Assembly (NCBI GenBank): GCA_016748015.1
Contig: JAAOMT010000094.1
Coordinates: forward strand, 1-64,000
Source: Geosiphon pyriformis uo1
Lineage: Eukaryota > Fungi > Glomeromycota
Length of the DNA: 64,000 bases
Reading direction: 5' to 3'
Under the pieces are notes generated by a model. That model saw only the letters and a program-made list of their open reading frames with translations, did not search any database and had not been told where the DNA came from. The position numbers were made by a program, and so were the translations under genes. The first letter of the stretch is position 1. The number at the start of each line of letters is the position of its first letter. Positions 52,481-64,000 of this stretch are shown here, piece by piece.

Positions 52481-54259
52481 ATAAGTACTATTTTTTATTG
52501 GTTTATTTTTATGATCTGTTTTTTTTATTTTTTTATTTTTTTCCTGTATTTTTTTTTTATAAATAATAGTATTAATTACAATAATGCAAAAAAAATTTTT
52601 AAAGTTAACATAATAGTTTAAATTTAATCAATATATCAAGTTTAAATTCTTAAAAAACATTATTGTATTATATTTTATATTAGTTATATTCAAATTTCTT
52701 AAAAAACTATTGGTATAAATATTAATAATATTTAGGTTAATATTAAACAAATTTGTCTTTTATTAAAAAAAAATATTTAAATTAAACATATTAAACAACT
52801 GAAAATATTCAATTAAAATATTCAGATAATAAATTGTTAAACTAAATTAATAAAAGATTTATCATAAAAATATAATTTTTTCTAATAATAAAAGTTTTTT
52901 TAGTTAAAAATATTATCTTTTTTAATATGTAGTTATTTAATAAAAATAATGTAAATTTTTTTAAGTAAATCTAATATATAATAAAAAGTATTTAATTTAA
53001 AAAATTAAACAAAATAATATTTATATTTTTGGTAAATATATTTATATATTTGCTTAAAAAATTTTATAGTATTTTTATATTTGTATTATTTTTTTGTTAG
53101 AATAAAAATAATTGCTGTAAAAATAATTTGGCCATATTTATTAATATTAATATTTTTTTTGTTTTAATAAAGTGTGATCTAATTATTAATTATAACAAAA
53201 AATTTTTAAATTTTTAAATAGTTTACCAAAAAATTAATTTTTATAAACACAAATTAAACAAATTTTACAACTTTAATTTTTAAAAACTAATTTAAGTTTA
53301 TATATTTTAAAAAAAAACATATATAATAAAAAACAGTAGTTTTAATATAAAATATTAAAAAAATAAACCAATTAATAAGAACTTTAACTATAATCATAAA
53401 CTTAAAAAAAATAGCTTTTAAATAAAAATTAATAATAACAATATTTAGCTGTTTAATATTAAATTACAGATTTTTTGTAAAGTCAAAAGAAGTATTATTT
53501 TTAATAAGATATTATATTTATTATAAGTAAATTATTATTTAACAATATTAATATTAATATTTACAATTTTGGATTTTTTTGTATCTTGATTAATTTTGTT
53601 TAAATATTTATAAGCTTTAATGTTTTTTTAATTTTGTAATAATATCTGTATTTTTTATAATATAATCTTGTTATATATAAAAAAACTTATTTTAGAATTT
53701 TTTATAATTAGACTGTGCTTATTAATTAATAAAAAAAACAATAATAAAATATTAATAATAATTAGTATTAATAAATCAAGTTTTTAAAATTGTACAGCCA
53801 AAAAATATAATTAATTTGGTTTTAAATACATTTTAAAAAGCAATATTTTTTTTATTACTAAAAAATTAGCAAATAAAAACAGCTTTAATAATTAAATTAT
53901 ATAATAGTATATTATTATAAAGCAACTAATTTTAGCTTAATTTTAAAAATATTTTTAATTTTGTCAAAAAAAAAAAAAATATTATAATAGTAAAAACAAA
54001 AGTAAAACAAATATTACAATAAATTTTATAATCTTAAAATCAATAAAAAAGTAATTTAACAAGTTTAATTTTGGCAAAAACATTTAAAAAATTTTAAAAT
54101 ACAAATTTTATACAAGAAAAAAACAGAATATTTAATATTTTATTAAAGTTATAAAAAACTTCTTTTTTTTTATGTTCAAAATCTTTTAAAATAATAATAA
54201 AAAACTTATTTGTTAAAAAAGTTTTTTAACTATTTAGTTTAATATATTTAAACTATTTT

Positions 54260-57200
54260 TTGCTTAATTATAAAGCTGTTATGAATCTTAATATTACAGT
54301 TATAAAAAAATCTGCCAGAAATTTTGGTTTTGTTATTACTAATAGAAACATTTTTTTTAAGAAAAAGAGAAGAAATAATGTGATTAATAAAGAGATGTTT
54401 GCCAAGAAATTAGTTGTTTTTAAAATTTTAAGATCAGTAATATTACTAAATTTAATAGTATTGATATGAAAAAAAGTTTTTATAAAAAAAACTAGTGTAA
54501 ATTATGGCAAAAAAAATGTTTTGAACAAGAAAAGCTTAGACTTAACGTTAAAAAAAACTTAGATTGATAATTAAAAAGACATTAATAACAGTTTTAAAAA
54601 AGATCAAGTTTTTAAATAAGAATAAAAATAATGTTTTTTTAAATGTTTTTGTGGTTTTTTTTCTTTTTTTAAAAAATTTAGTTAACATATTTGTTAAAAA
54701 ATATTTTGTTTTAGATATTAGTTTAAATACTATGATAAGAAAGTCTTTTTAAGAAAAATTTAAAATGATCAAAAATTTGTTTATAGATATTAATGATTTT
54801 AAGAGGACTTCCATTCTTTCAAAATTTGTTGAAATTATTTGTTTATTGTTTATTTTTGAATTTAGCTTAATACAGACAATAAAAAAACAAAAATTGCAAA
54901 CATTTTAGTAAACACTAATCTTAAAAAATTGGTTGTATGCTCAGATTAGACTGCAATAATTAAAAAAATTTTAATAGAAAATCAGTAAAAACTGTATATG
55001 CTGTACTGTTTAAATTTGAAATAATTAAATTAATTAAAATATAATTGGTAAAACTGTAGCAAAAAGCTATTATTAAATTTGAACAATTAAATTATGCTAA
55101 TTTAGTCAAAATAAAATGGTTTATCTTAATTAAAAAAATGCTATATAGATTGTTAAGACTAACAAAAATAAAAAAACATTAAATACTAAAGACAATAATA
55201 GAATGCTGTTTTATACTCTTTTTTTAAGAACAAATATACATAATTTTTAAAATTTTTTAGGATTTATTAATAAAAAACTTGTATCATAAATCAAAATCCA
55301 GTTATTTATGTTAAAACCAAATATACTGTAGTGTATTTTAAATTAAAGTTTGTATTAAATATTATTGTAAAAACAGCATTAGTGCTAAAAAAAACTAATC
55401 TGTATTGATCTTGTTTAGATTTAGCCAAGTGTGTTAAATATAAAAAATTAAGCCATATATTATTAAATTATGCTTTTAATAGAAAAGTTTTTCTTGGTAA
55501 ATTGTTTTATAAGATTTTTTTAAAAGCAGATAAAAGCAGATTAGTGACTATTTATGTTAAATAATTAGTTCTTATTACTTGTTCAATGTTTTTTAATAAT
55601 GTGTCTTAGACAAAAATTGTTGATAAATCTTTGTTTTTCTTTTTTTATGGACAAAATAATTCATTAAAAATTGGTTTCTTTTTGAAGGTAAAGTTTTTTC
55701 TATTGGTTATATTAAACATTATAATAAGTTTACAGTTCTTAAATATAGTTATGCTAGTTTTATAGAACAAATTGATAAGTTGGCAAAAAGATTAAAAGTA
55801 TTTAAGTTAATAATTTTTCAGTTATGCTTTAAATGTTAGTTATTGATGATTTTTTTATTATAAAATTAAAAAATAGATATAACAATAAGTAAGAATTTAT
55901 ATGTAGTTACTAGTAATAAGACTGTGATAAAAAAAAGTTTTTATTATATCTTAGGATATTATTAGGTTGAAAGTAAGCATAAACAATTTGTCTAATATAG
56001 TTATAAGTTTATTGGCCAAGATAAAAAATATTGATTTAAGTTTAAGCAATTCTTTCTATTAATAACTAATTTTGTTTAAAAAATTGCTATATATAATGTT
56101 TAAAGTATTAATGTGTTTACTAAACAAAAGAATATTGTTTGTTAGTATGTAAATTTAAATAACATAATTTTTATTATTATAGAAACAAAATTAAGATCTA
56201 ATATTAGACTTTAAATTATAAATAAATTTAATAAGATACAAATTTTTGTATTTAATTTGGATAAAAGTTTTTTTAGTGCTAAAGTAGCTATTGTTATAAA
56301 CAGTTTTTTGGCTTAATATGTTTTAAAAGTAAAAAAAAATTCCTAATTAAATCATTTTTATTTAATTTTTGTTTAAAAATAACTTTTTAATCATGATTTA
56401 GAGTCTGTATGCTGGTGTTTTTGCTAAAATCAAATTTAATCAGATGTTAAAAATCAACTTTTTTATTGTTAAGATAATTAATTTTAGCTTTTTTGTAGTT
56501 TTGGGTAGAAATTTTAATAAAAATAAATTAAAAAAAAATGTGAGCTTTAGGTTTTGCTTGGATTTAGATTTATTCAATTTTTTTAATAATCATTTGTTAA
56601 TTAAGACTTTTATATGAAACAACTTTAAAGATATTAAAAAATTATTAATTATATTTTTGTGAATAAAAATTTGTTATTTGTGATTGTTAATTATAGAATC
56701 TATTTTGTATCTGAATTTTTAATATTGATTATAAAGCAGTTTCAGTTTTGGTTGGTTTAGAAAATTTTTTAAATGTTTGTTTAAACAATATATATAAACA
56801 AGCTGACAAAAATTGTTAAAAGCTCAAAATAAAAAAAACAAACAAATCCAAATAAATATATTTTAAAAAGTGTTTTCTATTAAGTTTTTATTAAAGTTAA
56901 GTAAATTTATAAATGTTAAAAGTTTTGATAATTTTAAATGTTATGTAAAAAGTGTTAAAAGAGATAATAATAAATTTGGCTAATAAAATGTTTTTTAAAC
57001 ATTGGTTTAATAAAATTAATTATTCAAAAAACAAACAATTTTCGAAGTTTTTTAAGTTGAAACTGTTAGTTTCTAAAATTGTTAAAAGATTAAGTTTAGA
57101 TAATAAATCTGAGTTTGATTATTTTATCAAAATTTGGTTGTTTATTAATAGTACTAAGACTTTGAAGATTTATAACATGATTTAAAATGATGTAAAAACA

Positions 57201-58495
57201 ATAAATATTGTTAAGTATTTATCAATAGTCAAAAAAAATTATAGAAAATTCAAGTATTATAAATTAAAAACTATTAAGAATATATTTATTAAAAAAATAA
57301 TAAAAAAATGTATGAAAAATTTTTGTTTTAATAAAAAGCACATAATAAAAAGTATTTTGAAAAAATCTTTTTACAAAGTAGTTCTTGATTATTTAATGAA
57401 AAAAAAAGTTGATTTTAGAATTGAGTAAAGTAAAACTTGGAGTTGATAAATTTATAAAAAGTTGGGCAAAAAAGCAGACTGTGTTTTTAAAATTATCTAA
57501 TCTGTAGTTTTGTTAATATGTATTTTTAAAATATGTAAATAATACTGCTTTCTTAAATATAATAAAAAAAATTAGCATAAATAAGTTGGTTCTGGTAATT
57601 AAAAGTCTGTTTAATGGCAAAGCTGCTAATTTGTTTAATATATTTAATAAATTTTAAAAGTATTATAATAATATAATAATAGAGTATCTATTGGTTCTAA
57701 TAAACTTTTGTTTGATTTTTAGTAATATTTTAATTGTTTGAAAAAGAGCATGAGTTTTAATAATTTTTAAGTTTTACAAATAGAATAGCATTTTAATAAA
57801 TACTTAGTCTATTGCATTAATTAAAACTGTTAAAAAAATTCTGTTCAAGATTTTTTTAAATCAGATTTTATTAACTTATAGCAAATTTGGTGTTTTTTAA
57901 AATAATAATTTTTCAGTTTTAAAAAATATTTCAATTCAGTTTTTAGTGTTTGTTATTGGTTTAATAATTGAAAATGCTCTGAAAAAAAACAAAAAGTTTT
58001 GATTAGTATTATAAGATATACACAAAACATATAATTTAATTAAATAATATTATTTAAAAACTAGCTTGTCATGTATTAAAATATATAATCAGTTTATTGA
58101 ATATTTTAGCAATATATATAAAAAAGAAATAAACAGAATAATAACCAATTTTAGACTTTTAGAAAATTATAGAATACATAATAAATTGAATTAAGATTAG
58201 ATTTTTTTGTCTTTTTTTTATATAAAATTAAAAAACATAAATATTTGTGTAAATACTGAATTGATACTAGGTTTATAGCCAGAACTAACAAAATAAAAAA
58301 CACTAAAAAAATCATTATTTTTTACAATAAATACTTTTGTTAATAACATAATTTGGATTAGAAGTAATTAAGCTATTATACAATATATTTTGAATATAAC
58401 TAGTAAATTTTTCAAAATCAATAATATTTTGATTAATAATAAAAAAATAATGGCTATTTTTATCAATCAAAATATAAAAATAGCTTCTTTACATA
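54260..58495 (+). mobile_element. Degenerate LINE: ORF1, APE endonuclease and RT, 3'-truncated
   Basis: Eroded ORF1 zinc knuckle near 55425; APE N-terminus (KIAxxNVxGINVxxKQ...ETKL) near 56080; RT motifs LVLQDMxKAYD near 58000 and FVDD near 58335. These are recoverable by reversing G>A/C>T changes. Confidence 0.8.
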
Positions 58496-58499
58496 TAGC

Positions 58500-61400
58500 A
58501 AAAATTTTTAAAGACTGATAAATTTCAATATACTTTCTATATAATTAAAAAAAATTTTATAATTCTTATATATAAATTCAAAACACTAAATATTATCAAA
58601 ATATTTTACCAAGTTTATTTGGAATATTTAGTGCTTTTTATAAAGTTATAAAATTTACAAAGACAGAATACTTCAAAAATTCACAAAAGTGATAATTATT
58701 AAAATTATATAAAAAGATCACTTACTATTTAAAAGAGTATTATATTACTATTTTAGGAAAAACTTAGAAATACTAACAGAAACCATTATTGCCAAAAGTG
58801 ATTTTATTTATTACATATATGCTAAAATTAACTACTTATTAGGCTAAACAACAAATACAAAAAAACTTAGAAAGCAAATTTACTAAAATTTATTAGTATA
58901 TTTAACTTTAATTATCACAAGAGCCATAGTCAAAATTTTTTTCTTAACTGACAAAAAAATTAAGTTATATATACAAAAACAGTACTCTTAATTAAAAAAA
59001 AATAAACATTAAAATTCAAATTCAAATAATTTGAGTCTGATTTCAATAATAATACATAAATTATACAGAAAAGAATTCTACTTATGGTCAATAAAAAATT
59101 GAAATTTTTCTTATTAACAACTTTTTTATATTATTAGATTTTAAAAAACAGAATTTTATTTAATTAACATATTAAATTATAATCAAAAACTTTAAAAATT
59201 TTTGAAAATCTGTATTTTTGGAATTCTAACCAAAATTTTTGTATTAAATTTCTAGAAAAATACAGATTCTTGTTTAAAAGTCTTATTTTAGCAACCAATA
59301 ATCTAAATAGAAGTACTTTTATTTAGACATTATCATTAGTCTAGTCATTAACTAAATTAACAACTATTTCCTTAGAAAAAACATATGTATTATAATTTAT
59401 TAAAGTAACCAACAAAAAAAACAACTAATCTTAAAATTAACAAAGCAATTAGACATATTTTTGTTAATATCTTTTTTATCCATATTTAAACAAATTTTAT
59501 CACTTAAATTATGATTTACAAAGATATTACTAAACTGAAAAAATTTTCCAGTAAAGAAAACAATGTATATATATAAATTGTAAAGCTAAAAAAACAATTA
59601 AAGCTAATAATTAGAATAAGGTCAGAACAATCTAAGTTTTACTTTTTTTTTAACTAAAATTACAAACTTGTAATATTAAAGTTTTGATAAAAAACTAACT
59701 GACTTTGTCATTTTTAAACTTATCTTTTTATAGTACTTTTATGATTTAAATATATTTATTAAACTATAAAATCAATTCAATATAATAAAAAAATTACAAA
59801 GCTGTAACTATTTATTTTGAAAGATTTAATTAAATTTTTTACCAAATTCAGATGATTAAAAGCAATTATTCTATTCTAGATTAAATTCTCAATTAATTTA
59901 TTAAGAAATTAAGAAGCAATATTTTTTAATCTATTAGATTTTAACATTTTAGCAATTTATAAAAAACAGTAATACTTGTTTATAATTTTAAATCAATAAA
60001 ACAAGAAGCCAATAATACTTAAACTATTAATTTAACCATAAATAAAATCTTTAATATTGATATAAAGTTTACTCAATAAGTAAAAAATTAATTCAAAAAA
60101 TTAAGAAATTTTTTGCTAAAAGTATAAAGACTTATTAGTCATCACAATATAAAAAAATATTAACAAATACTAACAATAACAATATTAATAACAACAGCAG
60201 CTCTGAAAACAAAATTTTTATAATTATTATTATTGTTAAAAACTTAATTACATTACAAAAAATTGCCACAAAAAACTATCAAATCAGAATTATGAAAACC
60301 AATATTAGCAACAATTCAAATATTTATAATTTACAGAATTTTAATATTCTTTGTCTTCATATTAAAAATCTTAATACTTCTCTTAACTATTACAGAATTA
60401 TTTTCAACATTCACAAATAATATTACAAACACTATTTTAATATTAAGCTTTGCTATATAGCAATCCAAAACTCCAAGCTATTGACTATAATTAAGAATAA
60501 CAAAGCAACAATAAAAACAAAATTTAATCTATTATAGTATTATTTCAAACTATAAATTATAATAATTTACTATTCTAAACAACTATAACAGAATATTCAA
60601 ACCAAACTTTATATCTTGATCTTATAAAAACTTTGAATTTTAATAATGCTGTATTTTTGAAAGAAAAAACTGTAATTGAAATTATTAATCTGTTTTTTTT
60701 AACAACAATCAAGCTATCTTAAATACAATTTTTTTTATCACAATTACCAAAAATAATACACTTGCTGCCATATTTCTATTTGATATTAACAAATTGAGTT
60801 TTGTTAATTTTTTTAGTAAAACTGCTATTAATTAGGGCAAACTAATTATAATAATATATACTAATACTAAAATAGAACAAATAAATATTAAACTAATACT
60901 TAAAAGTAAATTAACAAACAACATAATTACAAAACAACTTATAGATTAATTAAGTTACTAAATAAATAATACAACCACCTTTAAAATAATCATTATAAAT
61001 AAAAATACCAAAACACTAATAGAAAAAATCCACTATTTTTTTTTTAAAATCAACAAAATCAAAATTTTAATTAAAGTATTTATTATAAAAACCATTTAGT
61101 ATTAAGCTTTTATAGGAAATAATTGGTTAACTAAAGCTTATATTATGTTTGATTGAAACATCCAAGAATTTTAAATCACTTTTAACAGACAATATATTAG
61201 AATACTTATTATGTATAAATATTTTATAACAATAATTTTAAAATAACTTCTAATTAAATTCAAAAAACTTACTTTTCAGCCAATTTTAAAAACTTATCAA
61301 GTTTTTAAGCTGATAATTTCAAAACAGAACTATCACCATCTTCTATATGAGAAAAAAAAAATTGACAAAAAACTACAAACATTAATATTAGTCTACTTAA

Positions 61401-64000
61401 TTCTAAATCAAAGAAATTAATTATATTAACTTCTAAAATTAATTTGTGCTAATTATAAAAAAAAGTTATTTTCAATGACTATATACTTTAAAAATAATAA
61501 AATATGGCCAATTGCTACTAAATACTAATATTATTTTTGTGTATAAAAACAATTTGAATAACTAAAATGACAAAAAAATTAGAATAATATATTATGTCTT
61601 ATATATAATAAAATCTTATCAAATAAAAAATTATGAAATAATATTTCTAATAAAGGAGAAACATATAACAAATTCTGTCAATACACTATTTTAATCGATT
61701 ATTAGACCAAAAAAAAGAACTTTTTTGCTATGGTTTATAGTTAAGTAATAAACTAACTGAATTTATATCTTTATAATAAAAAAAAATTTGGAAAATAGCC
61801 ATTGTAAAAATAGAAAGATGTTATAATTAAAAAAATACATATTATAAAAAATGTCTTAATAAGCATAGAAAGATAAATAATTTATTTACCAATAATTTTA
61901 AAGTATTTTAAAACCAGTATTAAGAATTTGTTTTTACTAAAAAAAAACCCAAAAACTGGCTGACTTCAATACAAAATTATGCAATTATTGTTTAATTTCT
62001 TGTTATTTTTAGTACTATAATGAGTGTAATTTTTTATTTAATTTATCTTAATAAACACTTTATTCCATTCTTAAATTCGAAAAATCTAAGGAAAAATATG
62101 TATTAATAATAGAAAACATAATATTTTAAGAATTAAGTATGATTACTAAAATAAAACAATATTTTACTTATTCTGATCTCTTTAATATATTAAAACTAAA
62201 GTAATACAATAACAATAATAAAAAATTTGTTTCAAAAAAACACATACTAATAATATTAAATTCAATTTAAGATATTTCAAACATTTTTTTATAGTTATAA
62301 TATTTTATTTCTTTATAAAAATAGATCTAAAATTAACTTTATAAATTTTTATAAATATTATAATCTAAATTGCATTCCAGTTTAGTCTTGCAAACAAAAA
62401 AATTGATGTTAAAAAAAGAATAATTAATGCTTAATATATTGAAAATATAATTGTAATACTTTAAAACAATTTTAATAAGCTCTATATAATTAAATTTCAA
62501 GAAAAAATTATATAAGTTATCTTTTTACTTTTTGTAAAAATTTCTTAATTAATCTTAGTAACTATATAAAAAGAATTAAGTCTTACTATTTAAGAAATTC
62601 AAAAATTTAGGTCAAGTAAAAAAAAAATATACAAGCTAATTTTATGAAAAATACTAGTAACTAGGTAGAATATATCTATACTAATACTATTATTTCTATT
62701 TTTTTAAATTAACAATATATTTTAAAGATTGATCAAAAAATTCAAGACTAAGTCTTATTATTTAAAGTGGCCTTAGAAATCTGTTTTTTAGCTAATATCA
62801 CAAATCTGTATATATCTGCCAAAGTTTATAAATATTTCAAAATCTCTATTTACAATTTTACTAAAGATGTTATTAAAATTTCTAAAAAAACTTTTATTGG
62901 TTTTATTTCTTCAAACATTCGAAATCTCAAAAAATTTTAATCTATTTTTAATTTTTATACAACTGTTTTTATTTTGCAATATTACTTTGCAAGTATAAAA
63001 CCTGCCAAAAGAAAATTATATATTTATAACAAAAAAAATTGATAAACTAAACTTGGAAAATTTAAGTACTTTATAATAAATACAACTTAAAATTTTTTTG
63101 AATCAATATGCTGATATTTTTGCCAATAAAAACAAATTCAAATATACTAATATTATAAAGCATAAGATTAACACAGAAGATGCCAAACTTATTAAATAAC
63201 AAGTCTACTAAGTAACTCTAATTAATAACAACTTAATTAAAAAAAAGTACAATGAATATTAAATAATAGATTAATCAAAAAATTACTAAGCTCTTGGTTT
63301 TTATCTATTATATTGATTACAAGAAAAATAAAAAAATCTGTTTTTGCATGAATTATTAAAAACTTAATAATATAATTCGAAAAAATTATTATTTAACTTC
63401 TTTTATTTAAAAAATTTTAAATAATCTAAAAAATAAAAAATAGTTTTTATTTTAAATTTAGTTAGTAGATATTGACAAGTCAAAATAAATTTCTTAAACA
63501 AAAAAAAAATAGTGTTTACTATCTAAGATAGAAATTTCAAATTTAATATAATGCTTTTTAAATTCTAAAATATTTTAGCTACTTTTTAATGTTTTATGGA
63601 TGTTACATACAAGAAATTTCTTTGGAAATTAGGTATAATATACTTAAAAAATATAAATGTATTTTTTGAAATCTTTAATAACTATTTGTGCTATTTCTAA
63701 CAAGTTTTTAATTATCTTAAAAATTCAGAACTAAAACTTAATCCTAATAAATATTTTTTTGAAAAAACTAAGTTAAAATTTCTGAAACATATTATTCACA
63801 AAAATAGAGTAAAACTAAATTCTAACAAAATTCAAAAGATTAAGAATTTTTTTGCTTTAAGCAATCTATAAAAACTAAAAATTTTTTAAAACTGATTAAA
63901 TATTACTATTGATTTTATTAAAAGTTTTTTTTAATATTGTCAAATCTTTCTATTATCTATTATCGAAACATGTTTTGTATTTATAAAAAGCTGGTTAGCA
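58500..64000 (+). mobile_element. Heavily eroded Ty3/gypsy element with protease, dUTPase and RT, running off the window end
   Basis: Protease relic (IKLILxSx..xxIITKQL) near 60880; dUTPase relic at 62233-62620; RT relics (KHKINTEDAK near 63160, FCMxYxKLN near 63340, eroded YLDD near 63640). The 5' boundary is approximate. Confidence 0.8.

Noticed and set aside
51322-57185. Short K/N/I/F-rich ORFs in the track (51322, 51603, 54260, 54564, 56952)
   Set aside because: Chance or residual frames within eroded retroelements, not host genes.

Overview
Very AT-rich, intron-containing fungal DNA. The gene families (BTB/BACK-TLDc, Kelch-TM, expanded class 3 lipases) and the retroelement types point to Glomeromycotina/Mucoromycota, possibly Geosiphon-like; the organism is inferred, not proven. 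The window has three compartments. (1) 0.5-32 kb is accessory: LINE 3' relics, an intact spliced gene fusing an ammonium-transporter N-terminus to an RBR E3 ligase, BTB-TLDc and Kelch pseudogenes, four class 3 lipase paralogues (three lack the catalytic Ser), a stray CDK exon and a Tc1 fragment. (2) 33.5-44.6 kb is a compact housekeeping island: DPB2, RAI1/DXO, a CUE-like gene and ADE12. Between DPB2 and RAI1 lies a decayed IS607-type element with a serine-recombinase TnpA relic, a Fanzor2/TnpB RuvC nuclease relic, imperfect terminal inverted repeats, a candidate spliceosomal intron and a candidate omega-RNA end. (3) 45-64 kb is a retroelement graveyard: a Ty3/gypsy with two LTRs, a LINE and a dUTPase-bearing Ty3/gypsy, all eroded mainly by C>T/G>A transitions. 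All calls come from manual translation and motif recognition; no database search was run.
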